Source: Candidatus Coprovivens sp. (lineage in GTDB: Bacteria; Bacillota_I; Bacilli_A; RF39; UBA660). Taken from it: DNA of 64,000 bases. Positions 29,848 to 41,484 of this stretch are shown piece after piece. A model generated the notes under the pieces. The model ran no database searches. It was not told the origin of the DNA and saw only the letters and a program-made list of their open reading frames with translations. Positions within the stretch are counted from its first letter, which is position 1; every line of letters begins with the position of its first letter. A program made the position numbers and the translations under genes. Location: assembly GCA_051892935.1 (NCBI GenBank), contig JBJFGS010000025.1, positions 85,346 to 149,345 on the forward strand, read 5' to 3'.

Positions 29848-31116
29848 CTATCTACAATTTATATCTAAATAATCATCAATCTCTGCTTCTTTAACCATTG
29901 TTACTTCCTTAGTATGATTATCTTTAACTTGAATTTCTCCACCTACTAAATCTTCACTATTAAGTATTACTAAAAATTTTGCATTTAATCTATCTGCCTG
30001 TTTAAATTGACCTTTTAAAGCTCTTCCCATATATTCAGTTTCAACACGTAATCCTTGTAATCTTAAATCTTGCGTTAAAGCCATCGCATACTCTTTTTCA
30101 GTATCATTTACATATAAAATAAATGCATCTAACTCATTATTAATAGGTACTTCAATATTTTCTTTATCCAAAGCCATAACAAGCCTACCCAGTCCACAAG
30201 CAAATCCAATACCAGGTGTAGATGGACCTCCTAAATTACTAACCAAAGTATCATATCTACCACCACCAGCTAAGACATTATTAGAACCAAAATCCTTAAC
30301 TGTAGCTTCAATTTCAAATACAGTATGACAATAATAATCTAATCCTCTAACTATTTTAGGATCAACTTCATAATCAATATCTAAAACATCTAAATAATTT
30401 TGAACATCCATAAATCTATTTTTAGATTCTTCATTTAAGTAATCTAACATTACTGGAGCATTCTTAATTATGTCATTTTCAGCATCAAATTTACAATCTA
30501 AGATACGTAATGGATTCTTTTTTAATCTCTCATTACAATCAGGACACAATTCACTTATATGAGGCTCAAAATAATCAATTAAAGCGTTTCTATAATTATC
30601 TCTAGATAGAGTATCACCTAAACTATTAATTTTAACTTTTATACCTTTTAACCCCAATAATTTAAAAATATTAACAGCAACAGAAATAACTTCTGCATCA
30701 ATAGCGGGATCATCACTACCAAGAACCTCAACCCCAAACTGCGTAAGTTCTCTATCTCTTCCAGATTGTGGTCTCTCATATCGATACATTGTTCCATTAT
30801 AGTATAGTTTTACAGGTTGTATAGTATCTCCATACATTTTATTTTCAATAAAACTTCTAACAACACCAGCTGTTCCTTCTGGTCTTAAAGTCATATTTCT
30901 ATCCCCACGATCAACAAAATCATAAGTTTCTTTAGACACTATATCTGTTGTATCTCCAACACCTCTATGAAACAATTCCGTACTTTCAAAAATAGGTGTT
31001 CTAATCATTCCATAATTATATCTTTCCATTACTTCATCAACAACACGACTAACATATTGCCATTTTTTCATTTGTTCACCATACAAATCATAAGTTCCCT
31101 TAGGTTTAGTTATCAT
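29848..31116 (-). CDS. hisS: Histidyl-tRNA synthetase
   Basis: KPKGTYD, LRPEGTA, RYERPQ, RGLDYY, GGRYD. Start refined to ATG 31116 after GGAGG. Confidence 0.97.
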   Translation of the reverse strand: MITKPKGTYDLYGEQMKKWQYVSRVVDEVMERYNYGMIRTPIFESTELFHRGVGDTTDIVSKETYDFVDRGDRNMTLRPEGTAGVVRSFIENKMYGDTIQPVKLYYNGTMYRYERPQSGRDRELTQFGVEVLGSDDPAIDAEVISVAVNIFKLLGLKGIKVKINSLGDTLSRDNYRNALIDYFEPHISELCPDCNERLKKNPLRILDCKFDAENDIIKNAPVMLDYLNEESKNRFMDVQNYLDVLDIDYEVDPKIVRGLDYYCHTVFEIEATVKDFGSNNVLAGGGRYDTLVSNLGGPSTPGIGFACGLGRLVMALDKENIEVPINNELDAFILYVNDTEKEYAMALTQDLRLQGLRVETEYMGRALKGQFKQADRLNAKFLVILNSEDLVGGEIQVKDNHTKEVTMVKEAEIDDYLDINCR

Positions 31117-31134
31117 TATATCTCCTCCATAAAT

Positions 31135-31345
31135 AAAAAAGGTACCTAAATAACGTAAGGACGAAAAATTCCGCGGTGCCACCTTACTTTACTTAGGTAC
31201 TCTCATATTTTTATTTTATCGCTCTTAATGCGTTCTTAATATCAGAAAGTTGTTTTTCATATATAATCCAATAAGGCATTTCCACCATATAGCCCTCTCT
31301 TTTATTTTCAATATATACTACTCGTCTTTCAATAAGAAAAGTCTA
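31135..31345 (-). promoter_or_regulatory. T-box riboswitch leader of hisS-asnS-aspS-gatCAB
   Basis: Minus strand carries AGTA, AGAGAG, GGTGGAA stem I motifs, T-box AAGGTGGCACCGCG (31184-31171), and a following U-tract terminator. Promoter TTGACT-N17-TAAAAT at 31379-31351. Confidence 0.9.
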
Positions 31346-31464
31346 AAAGTATTTTACTATCAAAATAATAATTAGTCAATAAATAGATTTAATTTATTCA
31401 TATGACTAGCTATAATATTAACACTTTTTAGTAATATTAACAAAAAAAGCAAGAAAACTTGCTT

Positions 31465-32781
31465 TTAATCATTAGCATCCCATATATTAGTATTTACAGC
31501 TTTAGTATCATAATCATACTTCAATTCTCTTCCCTTATATATTCTTAATAATAAAACTCCTTTATTCTCAGCATATAATTGAAAAGCAGGATGAGAAAAA
31601 TCATCATAATGCATTTCTGAAAAATATAGTTTAATTTTATATCTCTCTGTTTTACCATAATCCATAAAGTGTAAAACACTATCTTCACTAGTTAAATACA
31701 TCACAAAAGTATCTCTAGCCAAAACTTCTGTTACTTTTTCAATATTTAAAAACTCATTACCATCAATTCTAAATATTCTATAATCTACAAAAGTATCATC
31801 ACCAATTGTCCTATCTCGTCCAGTCTTAAAATAATAAGTATGATTATTGTTTTTCCATACATCGTAAATAGGATCTACACTTTCAGCCGAAACAGTAGAC
31901 TTTTTATATAAATCATATATAAACCATATACCATCTTTACACAAAATATAGTAATCAGTATCTTCATCATAACTAATAGAATCATAAACATAATCTAATT
32001 CTTTAATTATTTCACCATCTTTATCTATCTTAATTAATCCCCACTTACCAGTATCCATACTTTTTACTATATATCGATTATTTTCACCATAACCAATATC
32101 ATAATCTTCATCCAAAGTACTCATTTTAACATCAGCAAATTTAGCAATAATTTCTGGCTTATGTTCATCATCTTCTAAAAATCTATACAAATAAATAATT
32201 CTAGAATAATTTAAATCACCATATTCAGATTCTTGTTTTAATGAATCATCCACAAAGGCAAAAGTCTCATAAATCATCCCCAAAGTATAAGGATCATGTT
32301 TCGTCAAAGCATCTTTATTAGTTGTATTATACTGATCATATCCACCAAAAGCTTTATTACATCCTAAAACAGTATTTATACATTTATAAGTTCCTAATAG
32401 TTCACCTTTTCTACTATAATAATAAAGTAATCCTTTATATTTATCATATCTCTTTATATTTTCAGGAACTTCATAATCAGTATCTACAACAGGCAAATCA
32501 GGTAAAGCCTCAGGATTTTTAAGTCCAATCCAAAAAGGAACCATTTCTTTCTTTGTTATAGAAACTCTGTTATAAGCCCTATAAACATATCCAAAAGAAA
32601 TATATTCATTAACAACACCATCATCATACTTTCTTTCAATATGTAAAGCCAATATAGGTGTCTTACCTTCAGTATATCTAACATAATTTATAATAAACAA
32701 TATTCCCCATAAAATCAAAACGATTAACACAATTAATTCTATTTTTTTCTCTTTAGACATCTTCTTTGGCGTTTGATACAT
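31465..32781 (-). CDS. Membrane-anchored beta-rich protein (WG-repeat-like)
   Basis: N-terminal TM; KWGLI and YDSI repeat-like segments. Confidence 0.65.
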   Translation of the reverse strand: MYQTPKKMSKEKKIELIVLIVLILWGILFIINYVRYTEGKTPILALHIERKYDDGVVNEYISFGYVYRAYNRVSITKKEMVPFWIGLKNPEALPDLPVVDTDYEVPENIKRYDKYKGLLYYYSRKGELLGTYKCINTVLGCNKAFGGYDQYNTTNKDALTKHDPYTLGMIYETFAFVDDSLKQESEYGDLNYSRIIYLYRFLEDDEHKPEIIAKFADVKMSTLDEDYDIGYGENNRYIVKSMDTGKWGLIKIDKDGEIIKELDYVYDSISYDEDTDYYILCKDGIWFIYDLYKKSTVSAESVDPIYDVWKNNNHTYYFKTGRDRTIGDDTFVDYRIFRIDGNEFLNIEKVTEVLARDTFVMYLTSEDSVLHFMDYGKTERYKIKLYFSEMHYDDFSHPAFQLYAENKGVLLLRIYKGRELKYDYDTKAVNTNIWDAND

Positions 32782-32860
32782 TTTATACCACCTCTATTAT
32801 ATATAATATCACATTTTATAATATTAAAAAATAACAAATAATTAAAAAGGATAAACGCAT

Positions 32861-33637
32861 CTATCCTTCATTAACTATTGAACTACTAATTAAATAAAAA
32901 GATTCATCTTCTTTTAAGAAAATATGTTCATATAAAACACCATCCTGTTTAATAGTTTTATCAGATAAAGAAGGTTTTTCTTTTCCTTTATAATTACTAC
33001 AAAATTCTTCTCCAAAATAATTAATACATCTATTAATATCACGCAAATCAATTTGTAAATAATACTCTCGAATAGCTATTTGATTATTAGATTTATAAGC
33101 ACTATCATAACTAGAATATCCAAATACAGTATTAGTATAATCATCAATTAAACAGTAGTATCTTTTACCATCATTTTTACAATCATATCCATGATAATTA
33201 AAATCATCAAAATTTATTTCATTGTCAGAAATAAAATATTTCTTTTGATAATTACTAAAAACACTATTATCAATAATTCTAATTTTACAATCAGTACTAC
33301 TAGTGAATTTAATTGTTTTAGTAACTTGACAAACTATCTTTTCATGTTCATAAATTTTTTCATTATAATCATTTTTAGTAAGATTATCTATAACAAAATG
33401 AACAATCTCCTCACTAGTCAAATCTTCACTAAGAAATTCTGCTTTTCTTAAATCAGTTTTATCTTTTATTCTGTCATAAAGAACTACTGCCGTAGGATCT
33501 TTTTCATCTAACTTAGTGGTAGTTAACAATTCATATCCATATTTAGCATTTCCAACAACCAAAAAAGTAATTGTTAATACAACAAGAACTACTAAAACAA
33601 CGACAAAAGTTTTAACTACATCTTTCATAAGTACCAC
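32861..33637 (-). CDS. Membrane-anchored extracellular protein, paralogous to 5952..6779
   Basis: TM anchor, paired Cys, SAYKSNNQIAIREYY, Y..IF.KE..SFY C-terminus. Confidence 0.65.
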   Translation of the reverse strand: MVLMKDVVKTFVVVLVVLVVLTITFLVVGNAKYGYELLTTTKLDEKDPTAVVLYDRIKDKTDLRKAEFLSEDLTSEEIVHFVIDNLTKNDYNEKIYEHEKIVCQVTKTIKFTSSTDCKIRIIDNSVFSNYQKKYFISDNEINFDDFNYHGYDCKNDGKRYYCLIDDYTNTVFGYSSYDSAYKSNNQIAIREYYLQIDLRDINRCINYFGEEFCSNYKGKEKPSLSDKTIKQDGVLYEHIFLKEDESFYLISSSIVNEG

Positions 33638-33638
33638 C

Positions 33639-34082
33639 TTATTTAATATCAGTATCTATAATTATTGTTGTAGGGCCATCATTAATAATTTCTACCTTCA
33701 TATCAGCTCCAAAAATACCGCCCTTAGTAGGAACAATCTCATTAAGCAATTCATTAAACTTTTCATACATAGGTTTAGCCTTTTCTCCTCCTAAAGCTCT
33801 AATATAAGAAGGACGATTACCCTTTCTCGTATCACCATATAAAGTAAATTGTGAAATAGATAAAATTTCTCCTTTTTCATCGATAACACTTCTATTCATA
33901 ACATCATTCTCATCTTCAAAGACTCTTAGATTTGTTATCTTCCTAACACAATACTTTATATCTTCCAAAGTATCAGTATCAGTAAACCCAACTAAAACAT
34001 TTAATCCTCTTCCAATCTCATTTACTAAAGCTCCATTAACCACTACTTTTGATCTATTTACTTTTTGAACAACACATCTCAT
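33639..34082 (-). CDS. dtd: D-aminoacyl-tRNA deacylase
   Basis: SQFTLYG, KGNRPSY, FGADM, NDGP; follows relA. Confidence 0.96.
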   Translation of the reverse strand: MRCVVQKVNRSKVVVNGALVNEIGRGLNVLVGFTDTDTLEDIKYCVRKITNLRVFEDENDVMNRSVIDEKGEILSISQFTLYGDTRKGNRPSYIRALGGEKAKPMYEKFNELLNEIVPTKGGIFGADMKVEIINDGPTTIIIDTDIK

Positions 34083-36256
34083 AATTTACTTTTCCTTTCA
34101 ACTTCAATTAAGAAAGGCAATGACTTCAAATCACTAATAAAGTTTTCCAATTGTGTAGAACTAGTCGTTTTAATTGTAAGTGCAAAAGTAGTACTATCTA
34201 ATTCTTCTATAGTTTTAACAGATTCAATATAAACATCTTTTTGAGAAGCTTTTGTAATAATATCAAGTAACTGATTTTTACCTCTAACAACCTTAATAGT
34301 TATATCTGTAAGATAAGAAGAATCACTATTCATATTCCATTCAACATCAATTAATCTCGTACTATTCTTTATATTTGGACAATCCTTTTTGTGGACAGCT
34401 ATACCTTCTCCTTTAGTAATATAACCAATAATAGGATCACCCTTAACAGGTTTACAACAAGTTGCTATTGTAACTAAAATATCATCAGTACCAGCAACAA
34501 TTATATCACCTTTTGAAGCCTTATTACTTATACTACCTCTATTATTAACTTTACTTAGATAGATATCCATAACATCTTTTTTATCTTCAAATAATAAATC
34601 AATAATATAACCAGCTGTATATCTTAAAGATCCAATAGATAAATATAAATCATCTAAATCATTTGTATGAGTGTCCCTAAACACTTTATTTAGATTATCA
34701 TCAGTCAATACATCAGAAAAAGATAATTTTCTTCTTCTAATTTCTTTTTCCAACATTTCCTTACCACTATTAATATAATTAGTTCTATCTTGTTTACTAA
34801 AATATGATTTGATTTTACTTTTAGCCTGGCTCGTTTTAACAAAATTCAACCAATCTTTATTTGGATTAGCTTCTTTTCCAGTGTTAATTTTTACAATATC
34901 TCCATCTTGCAATTCATAATCTAAAGGAACAATTTGATCATTGACAATAGCTCCTATAGTTCTATCGCCAACACCACTATGAATACGATATGCAAAATCT
35001 ATAGGAGTTGCACCTTTAGGTAATTCTAAAACATCTCCTTTTGGAGTATAACAATAAATTAAATCAGTAAGTAATTCATTATTTAAATTATTAGCAAACT
35101 CAACATCACTTTCTACACCATTATTAGCTTCAATAATATTTCTAAACATTTCAAGTTTATGTTCCATCATACTCTGTACTTTAACAGAACCTTTTTCTTT
35201 ATAAGACCAATGCGAAGCAATACCTTTTTCTGCAATTTCATCCATTTCATAGGTTCTTACTTGTACTTCAAAAAGTTGCCCTTCTACACCAAAAACAGTC
35301 GTATGCAAACTCTGATACATGTTTTCTTTGGGATTAGCAACATAATCCTTAAATCTTCTAGGCATAGGTCTAAATTTACTATGTATCAACCCTATAGTTA
35401 AATAACACTCTTGTACAGTGTCAACAAATACTCTTAAAGCTAAAATATCATAAATATCACTAAACCTCTTACCATTATCCATTTTATTATAAAGACTGTG
35501 AACAGATTTAACTCTGCCCTTTATTTTAAAAGGAATACCATTTTCTGTAAGAATATCAGAAATACTTTGTTTCATCTCTAGTAAATACTCATTTAATTGT
35601 TCTCTAGAAGCATCAAGTTTTTCCAAAATATCGTTATATACATCCGGTTTAGTATATCGTAGGCATAAATCCTCTAATTCACTCTTAATACTATTAATAC
35701 CTAATCTATGAGCAATCGGAATTAAAACAGCAGTCGTTTCATTAGCTTTTTGCTTCTGCTCATCAACAGTTAAAGCATCAAGAGTTCTCATATTATGTAA
35801 TCTATCAGCTAATTTTATAAATAAAACTCTAACATCTTCAGAAAGTCCAATTAATACTTTTCTTAAATAAGCAGCAGAAGAATCTTTATCATCAGATAAT
35901 TCTAGTCTATTAATTTTACTCAAACTATTTACAATAGTAGCAATTTCTTCACCAAAATCCTCTCTTATTTCATCTAAAGTCGCATCTGTATGATTTATCG
36001 TTTCATGTAAAAGAGCCGAAGCAAGAGTAATATAATCAACATTTAAATCACATAAAATATTAGCAACTTCTAAAGGATGTGTTATATAATCATCACCATT
36101 ACGTCTTTTTTTACCCGCATGTTTAGCTAAAGCAAAACTATAAGCATTATTAATTACATCCAACTCATCTTGTTTTTTTACTATTTTTTTAATTTTTTCA
36201 TATAATTCATCATAAGTAACAGGTTTTTCATTATTTTGTGTCATCACCAAAGTCAT
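34079..36256 (-). CDS. relA: Bifunctional (p)ppGpp synthetase/hydrolase Rel
   Basis: HPLEVA, KLADRLHNMRT, YQSLHT, TGS (TPKG..DFAY.IH), CC and ACT domains. Confidence 0.96.
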   Translation of the reverse strand: MTLVMTQNNEKPVTYDELYEKIKKIVKKQDELDVINNAYSFALAKHAGKKRRNGDDYITHPLEVANILCDLNVDYITLASALLHETINHTDATLDEIREDFGEEIATIVNSLSKINRLELSDDKDSSAAYLRKVLIGLSEDVRVLFIKLADRLHNMRTLDALTVDEQKQKANETTAVLIPIAHRLGINSIKSELEDLCLRYTKPDVYNDILEKLDASREQLNEYLLEMKQSISDILTENGIPFKIKGRVKSVHSLYNKMDNGKRFSDIYDILALRVFVDTVQECYLTIGLIHSKFRPMPRRFKDYVANPKENMYQSLHTTVFGVEGQLFEVQVRTYEMDEIAEKGIASHWSYKEKGSVKVQSMMEHKLEMFRNIIEANNGVESDVEFANNLNNELLTDLIYCYTPKGDVLELPKGATPIDFAYRIHSGVGDRTIGAIVNDQIVPLDYELQDGDIVKINTGKEANPNKDWLNFVKTSQAKSKIKSYFSKQDRTNYINSGKEMLEKEIRRRKLSFSDVLTDDNLNKVFRDTHTNDLDDLYLSIGSLRYTAGYIIDLLFEDKKDVMDIYLSKVNNRGSISNKASKGDIIVAGTDDILVTIATCCKPVKGDPIIGYITKGEGIAVHKKDCPNIKNSTRLIDVEWNMNSDSSYLTDITIKVVRGKNQLLDIITKASQKDVYIESVKTIEELDSTTFALTIKTTSSTQLENFISDLKSLPFLIEVERKSKL

Positions 36257-36270
36257 CTCCTATCATCACA

Positions 36271-36612
36271 TTATGATTTCAACTTAGGTAAGATAATATC
36301 ACCATCACCAAGTTGTCCATCATTTTTTGCATCTATATTCATATATTTATTATGATAATAACTAACTATTAAATTATTATCAGTATGTAAAATATCATCA
36401 ACCATATCACATAATTCTAAACCAATAGATAAAGACCACTTATTAAATCGTAAATAATCCCAAATATCTTTTTCTGAAATATTTTTAAACCCAGCTTGTC
36501 TTAACAATCTTTTCTTACTTCTTAAAGCCGGTTTAATTCTATCGTAAAGTTCTTCTTGTGAATTCATAATAATTTCTTCCATATTAATCACCTTAACATA
36601 ATACTTCAACAC
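36271..36612 (-). CDS. ComN/YrzD-like post-transcriptional regulator
   Basis: PALRSKK..L...GF..ISEKDIWDYL...KW...L..MVDDIL; divergent from spoVB as in B. subtilis. Likely start 36582. Confidence 0.75.
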   Translation of the reverse strand: MLKYYVKVINMEEIIMNSQEELYDRIKPALRSKKRLLRQAGFKNISEKDIWDYLRFNKWSLSIGLELCDMVDDILHTDNNLIVSYYHNKYMNIDAKNDGQLGDGDIILPKLKS

Positions 36613-36657
36613 TTACATTATATAACAAAAAGAAAAACTTATAAAGGAGAAAAGCCT

Positions 36658-37941
36658 ACGAAAAATAAATTTATAAAATCAACTATTATTCTCCTTATAG
36701 GAGGATGTCTTACTAAAATACTTGGTTTAATAATAAAAATAATATATACAAGAAATATCGGATTAGAAGGCGTTACAATCAATTCATTAATAGCACCAAC
36801 ATACTCTCTTCTAATAACATTAGCAAACTTTAATATGATAGTATCAATAAGTAAAAGAATAAGTTCAAATATATCTTCTAAAAAAGTACTAATAAATTCA
36901 TGTTATATAATGTTTATTTTAGACTTAATACTTATAATAATAATGTTTCTATCTTCAAAATATATTAGTATTAATCTTCTAAAAAACCCTAGTACTTATT
37001 ATCCACTTCTAGCTTGTTCTCTAACACTACCCTTTATATCTATAGGATACATTATTAAAGGATATTTCTATGGTAAACAAAATATGACACCACATATGAT
37101 AAGTAACGTTTTAGAACAATTATTTCGTCTTATAATAATATCTACCTTTATTCCAAAAATAACTAAATATGGAAGTATATTAACAATTACTATATATATA
37201 TTATTTAATATAATAAGTGAATCAGTATCTATCATAATATTTTTATTCTTTCTTCCTAAAAACATAAAAATTAAAAAAGAAGATTTGCAATTCAATTATA
37301 ATGAAATAAAAGAAATATTAGGAATATCTATTCCCTCAATAGCAGGTCGTCTACTAGGTAATTTAGGCTTCTTTCTAGAACCAATAGTACTAACAAATAT
37401 ATTATCATATAAAGGTTTATCTATTAACTACATAACAACAGAATATGCAATATATAATACATATACCATATCAACACTTTTATTCCCATCATTTTTTATA
37501 ACAGCAATATCAAATTCTCTTCTACCAGAAGTATCAAATTATTATAGCAAAAACAAAATAAGCATAGTAAAAAAAAGAATTAAACAATCATTAATAATAT
37601 CACTTATAATAGGTTTACTTTGTACTATAACAATAACCATTTTAAAAGAACCTCTACTAAAAATATTATATAATACCAAAGAAGGAATAGAATACATAAA
37701 TATCCTAGCCCCATTCTTCATTCTCTTTTACCTAGAATCACCATTAGTTAGCGCTTTAACAGGTATAAACAAAATAAAACATTGCACTATAATAAGTACA
37801 ACTGGTATCATAATAAAACTCTTAGCAATAATAATTCTAGGATTACTAAACTTTAAAATATATTCACTTATAATAGCAGAAATAATAAATATAATATATG
37901 TTACTACATTAAACTATATAACCTTAAAAAAAGCACTATAA
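36658..37941 (+). CDS. spoVB: SpoVB-like MOP-family flippase; the expected start codon reads ACG
   Basis: AAGGAG RBS then ACG-AAA-AAT-AAA-TTT (KNKFIKSTIILLIGGCLTKILG), in frame with the 36835 ORF; GYFYG, SNVLEQ and SLLPEVS motifs; synteny with comN and yrbG. Confidence 0.75.
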   Translation, partial: TKNKFIKSTIILLIGGCLTKILGLIIKIIYTRNIGLEGVTINSLIAPTYSLLITLANFNMIVSISKRISSNISSKKVLINSCYIMFILDLILIIIMFLSSKYISINLLKNPSTYYPLLACSLTLPFISIGYIIKGYFYGKQNMTPHMISNVLEQLFRLIIISTFIPKITKYGSILTITIYILFNIISESVSIIIFLFFLPKNIKIKKEDLQFNYNEIKEILGISIPSIAGRLLGNLGFFLEPIVLTNILSYKGLSINYITTEYAIYNTYTISTLLFPSFFITAISNSLLPEVSNYYSKNKISIVKKRIKQSLIISLIIGLLCTITITILKEPLLKILYNTKEGIEYINILAPFFILFYLESPLVSALTGINKIKHCTIISTTGIIIKLLAIIILGLLNFKIYSLIIAEIINIIYVTTLNYITLKKAL

Positions 37942-37950
37942 GTGCTTTTT
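37927..37950. terminator. Bidirectional terminator between spoVB and the DUF421 gene
   Basis: AAAAAGCACT-ATA-AGTGCTTTTT between convergent genes. Confidence 0.75.
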
Positions 37951-38581
37951 AAGACTTCCTAATAATATAAATATGATTATTTTTAAAAAGAGCATAAAAT
38001 ATATTATCCAAAGAAATATTATTCCTTATAAGCACATCCTCTAACCACTTATAAGATTTATTAATATATTTTAATGTATCTTTTTGTACTACACCTTCAA
38101 CAATAATAGGTAAAGGTAAATTACTTTTAAGTTTAAATGGTTTATATTTAAAAATAGATAATTCCCCATTAGTTTCTAGTAAAGCATATTCAACTTCTTC
38201 AATAGAAGAAATACCCTTTTTTCTTAATTCCAATAACAAATCATCAATAGAATATCTTTGACTCACTAAATTCTTATATACAATCTTACCATCATTAATT
38301 ATAACAGTCGGCTTCCCACCAAAAACTTTATTAACTATTCTTAATTTAACGCTTAAATATCCTAAAACAATCTCTAATACAACTAAAACTGCAATCGGTG
38401 CAATAGCAAGCCAAATACTTTGATTAGTTTTTTCAATACTTAAAGCAACCAATTCAGCTATCAAAATAGACACAATAAGATCTATTATTCCCAATTGGCC
38501 AACTTCTCTCTTACCCATAATTCTATAAGCAAATACAATAAAAAAATAAAAAAACACAGTTCTAAAAATAGTATCAAACAT
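37949..38581 (-). CDS. DUF421 (YetF/YrbG) membrane protein
   Basis: RIMGKREVGQL, GKPTVII.DG, LR.KG, LETNGELS. Confidence 0.9.
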   Translation of the reverse strand: MFDTIFRTVFFYFFIVFAYRIMGKREVGQLGIIDLIVSILIAELVALSIEKTNQSIWLAIAPIAVLVVLEIVLGYLSVKLRIVNKVFGGKPTVIINDGKIVYKNLVSQRYSIDDLLLELRKKGISSIEEVEYALLETNGELSIFKYKPFKLKSNLPLPIIVEGVVQKDTLKYINKSYKWLEDVLIRNNISLDNIFYALFKNNHIYIIRKS

Positions 38582-38648
38582 AAAATCACCTAATAATATT
38601 ATGGTACTAAATAATTATTTTTAAACATAATATTAATTAGGTGATTAA

Positions 38649-39014
38649 ATGAATATAATAAAACAATATTCTTATATACTAAAATTTATTATTTTTATAC
38701 TATTAGCAACAACAACTCTAACTATAATAAATTTAATTTATCCTTTAAATAAAACTACTAATCAAATAGTAAGTCTAATTATAATAACAATCTACTCATT
38801 AATAATAGGAATAAAAAAAGGAATAAAATGTGAAGAAAAAGCATATATAGAAGGTCTTAAACTAGGAACAATTAATATAATAGTATTATATATATTAAGT
38901 ATAATTACCTTAGACTTTAGAATTACTATAAAAAGAACAATATATTACTTAATAATTATCGGAATAACAACATTAGGAAGTATTATTGGAATAAATAAAA
39001 AAAATACTAGATAA
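38649..39014 (+). CDS. Four-TM membrane protein (YrzE/TIGR04086-like)
   Basis: G.K...KAYIEGLKLG and LGSIIGIN; position beside yrbG and tgt. Confidence 0.7.
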   Translation: MNIIKQYSYILKFIIFILLATTTLTIINLIYPLNKTTNQIVSLIIITIYSLIIGIKKGIKCEEKAYIEGLKLGTINIIVLYILSIITLDFRITIKRTIYYLIIIGITTLGSIIGINKKNTR

Positions 39015-39039
39015 AAAGACACAAAAGTGTCTTTTTAAA

Positions 39040-40152
39040 TCAAACTTTATTCCCATTTTCATCAAAAGCATAAATATAATTAACGTTATTATAAATAAAC
39101 ATATTATTGCCTGTAATTTCTAATACCTGGTCGTTATTAAAAACGATCTTATCATATCCTACATCGAATTTATACAAAACATCATTATAAATGATAGTAC
39201 CATCTCTTTTAATAATCAACTCATTAACTAAGATATCATCATTCTCACCTTTATACGAACCAGTATAAGTACCAAAAGATATCCTGCGCCCTTTTACAGC
39301 AATAGCATCAACATTTTGATATTTATCTTCATCCCCAGATGAAACATACTCTTTAGAAGAATTTTCGCTCTTTAGTTTATCAATCGCAGTATTAATATCT
39401 TTTTCATAAGTGGTATATCTTCCTATAATAGTCTTCATATCAACTTCAAAATTACTAGTATTAACTTGATAGAAAACTAATTTATATTTACCATCTACAT
39501 AAGCTTTATTATATTCCTCTAATAATCTATCAGTAGTAACTTTAATATCAGAATCAAAAGCTTTACCATTAATAACCTTATCTAAACTAGTATAAGCTCC
39601 ATAATCACCATTAGAAGAAATAAAAATATACCAACCAACACTTTTATCAACTACAGAATATAACATATGTAAAGAATATAAATGATAATACTTAGTACTA
39701 AAGACTTCTTTATCAGAAATATAAAAAATTTTCAAAGTATCATTATTACTCTTATCTTGGTATTTAACCAACATTTCAGGTGTTCCATTAAAATCTAAAT
39801 CAACTAAAGAAATATCATATTGTATATAATCAGACATCTCTTTTTGAATAAAAAGAGCATAAGAATCTCCCCAAGTAGTACCAGTTTCAAAAGATAAAGT
39901 ACCATCTTCATTAATTAAAGAACCCCCATTATTATATTTCTTTTGCATAGAAACAAATAAAACAATAATTATACATAGAACTAATACTCCAAAAAACATA
40001 ATAATAGTCTTTTTACTCTTATTAGGATTTTTTAAATTATTAACAAATACTTTTGCTTTATTAGCAATACTTTTATCATTTAGAATAGGTTCCAAAAGTT
40101 CTACACTATTACTACTTTGAGTATCTTTTTGATTATTAACATCACCATTCAT
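39040..40152 (-). CDS. Membrane-anchored extracellular hypothetical protein
   Basis: TM helix at about aa 50-67; FG-GAP-like VDLDFNGTPEM motif. Confidence 0.65.
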   Translation of the reverse strand: MNGDVNNQKDTQSSNSVELLEPILNDKSIANKAKVFVNNLKNPNKSKKTIIMFFGVLVLCIIIVLFVSMQKKYNNGGSLINEDGTLSFETGTTWGDSYALFIQKEMSDYIQYDISLVDLDFNGTPEMLVKYQDKSNNDTLKIFYISDKEVFSTKYYHLYSLHMLYSVVDKSVGWYIFISSNGDYGAYTSLDKVINGKAFDSDIKVTTDRLLEEYNKAYVDGKYKLVFYQVNTSNFEVDMKTIIGRYTTYEKDINTAIDKLKSENSSKEYVSSGDEDKYQNVDAIAVKGRRISFGTYTGSYKGENDDILVNELIIKRDGTIIYNDVLYKFDVGYDKIVFNNDQVLEITGNNMFIYNNVNYIYAFDENGNKV

Positions 40153-40213
40153 ACTATCACTATCCTCCTATTATATAATATCACATAATAATAAAATTTA
40201 AACAAAAAAGATA

Positions 40214-41401
<1,188 letters not shown>

Positions 41402-41484
41402 TTATAACATAAATAATATTATATTAAAACTTGCTTTTTTATAAAAAAGAATTATAATAATCCTCGCAAAAAGGGGAAATTAAA

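Noticed and set aside
31117-31182. N-terminal extension of HisS called by the ORF track
   Set aside because: It runs through the T-box antiterminator/terminator; the true RBS and ATG are at 31116.
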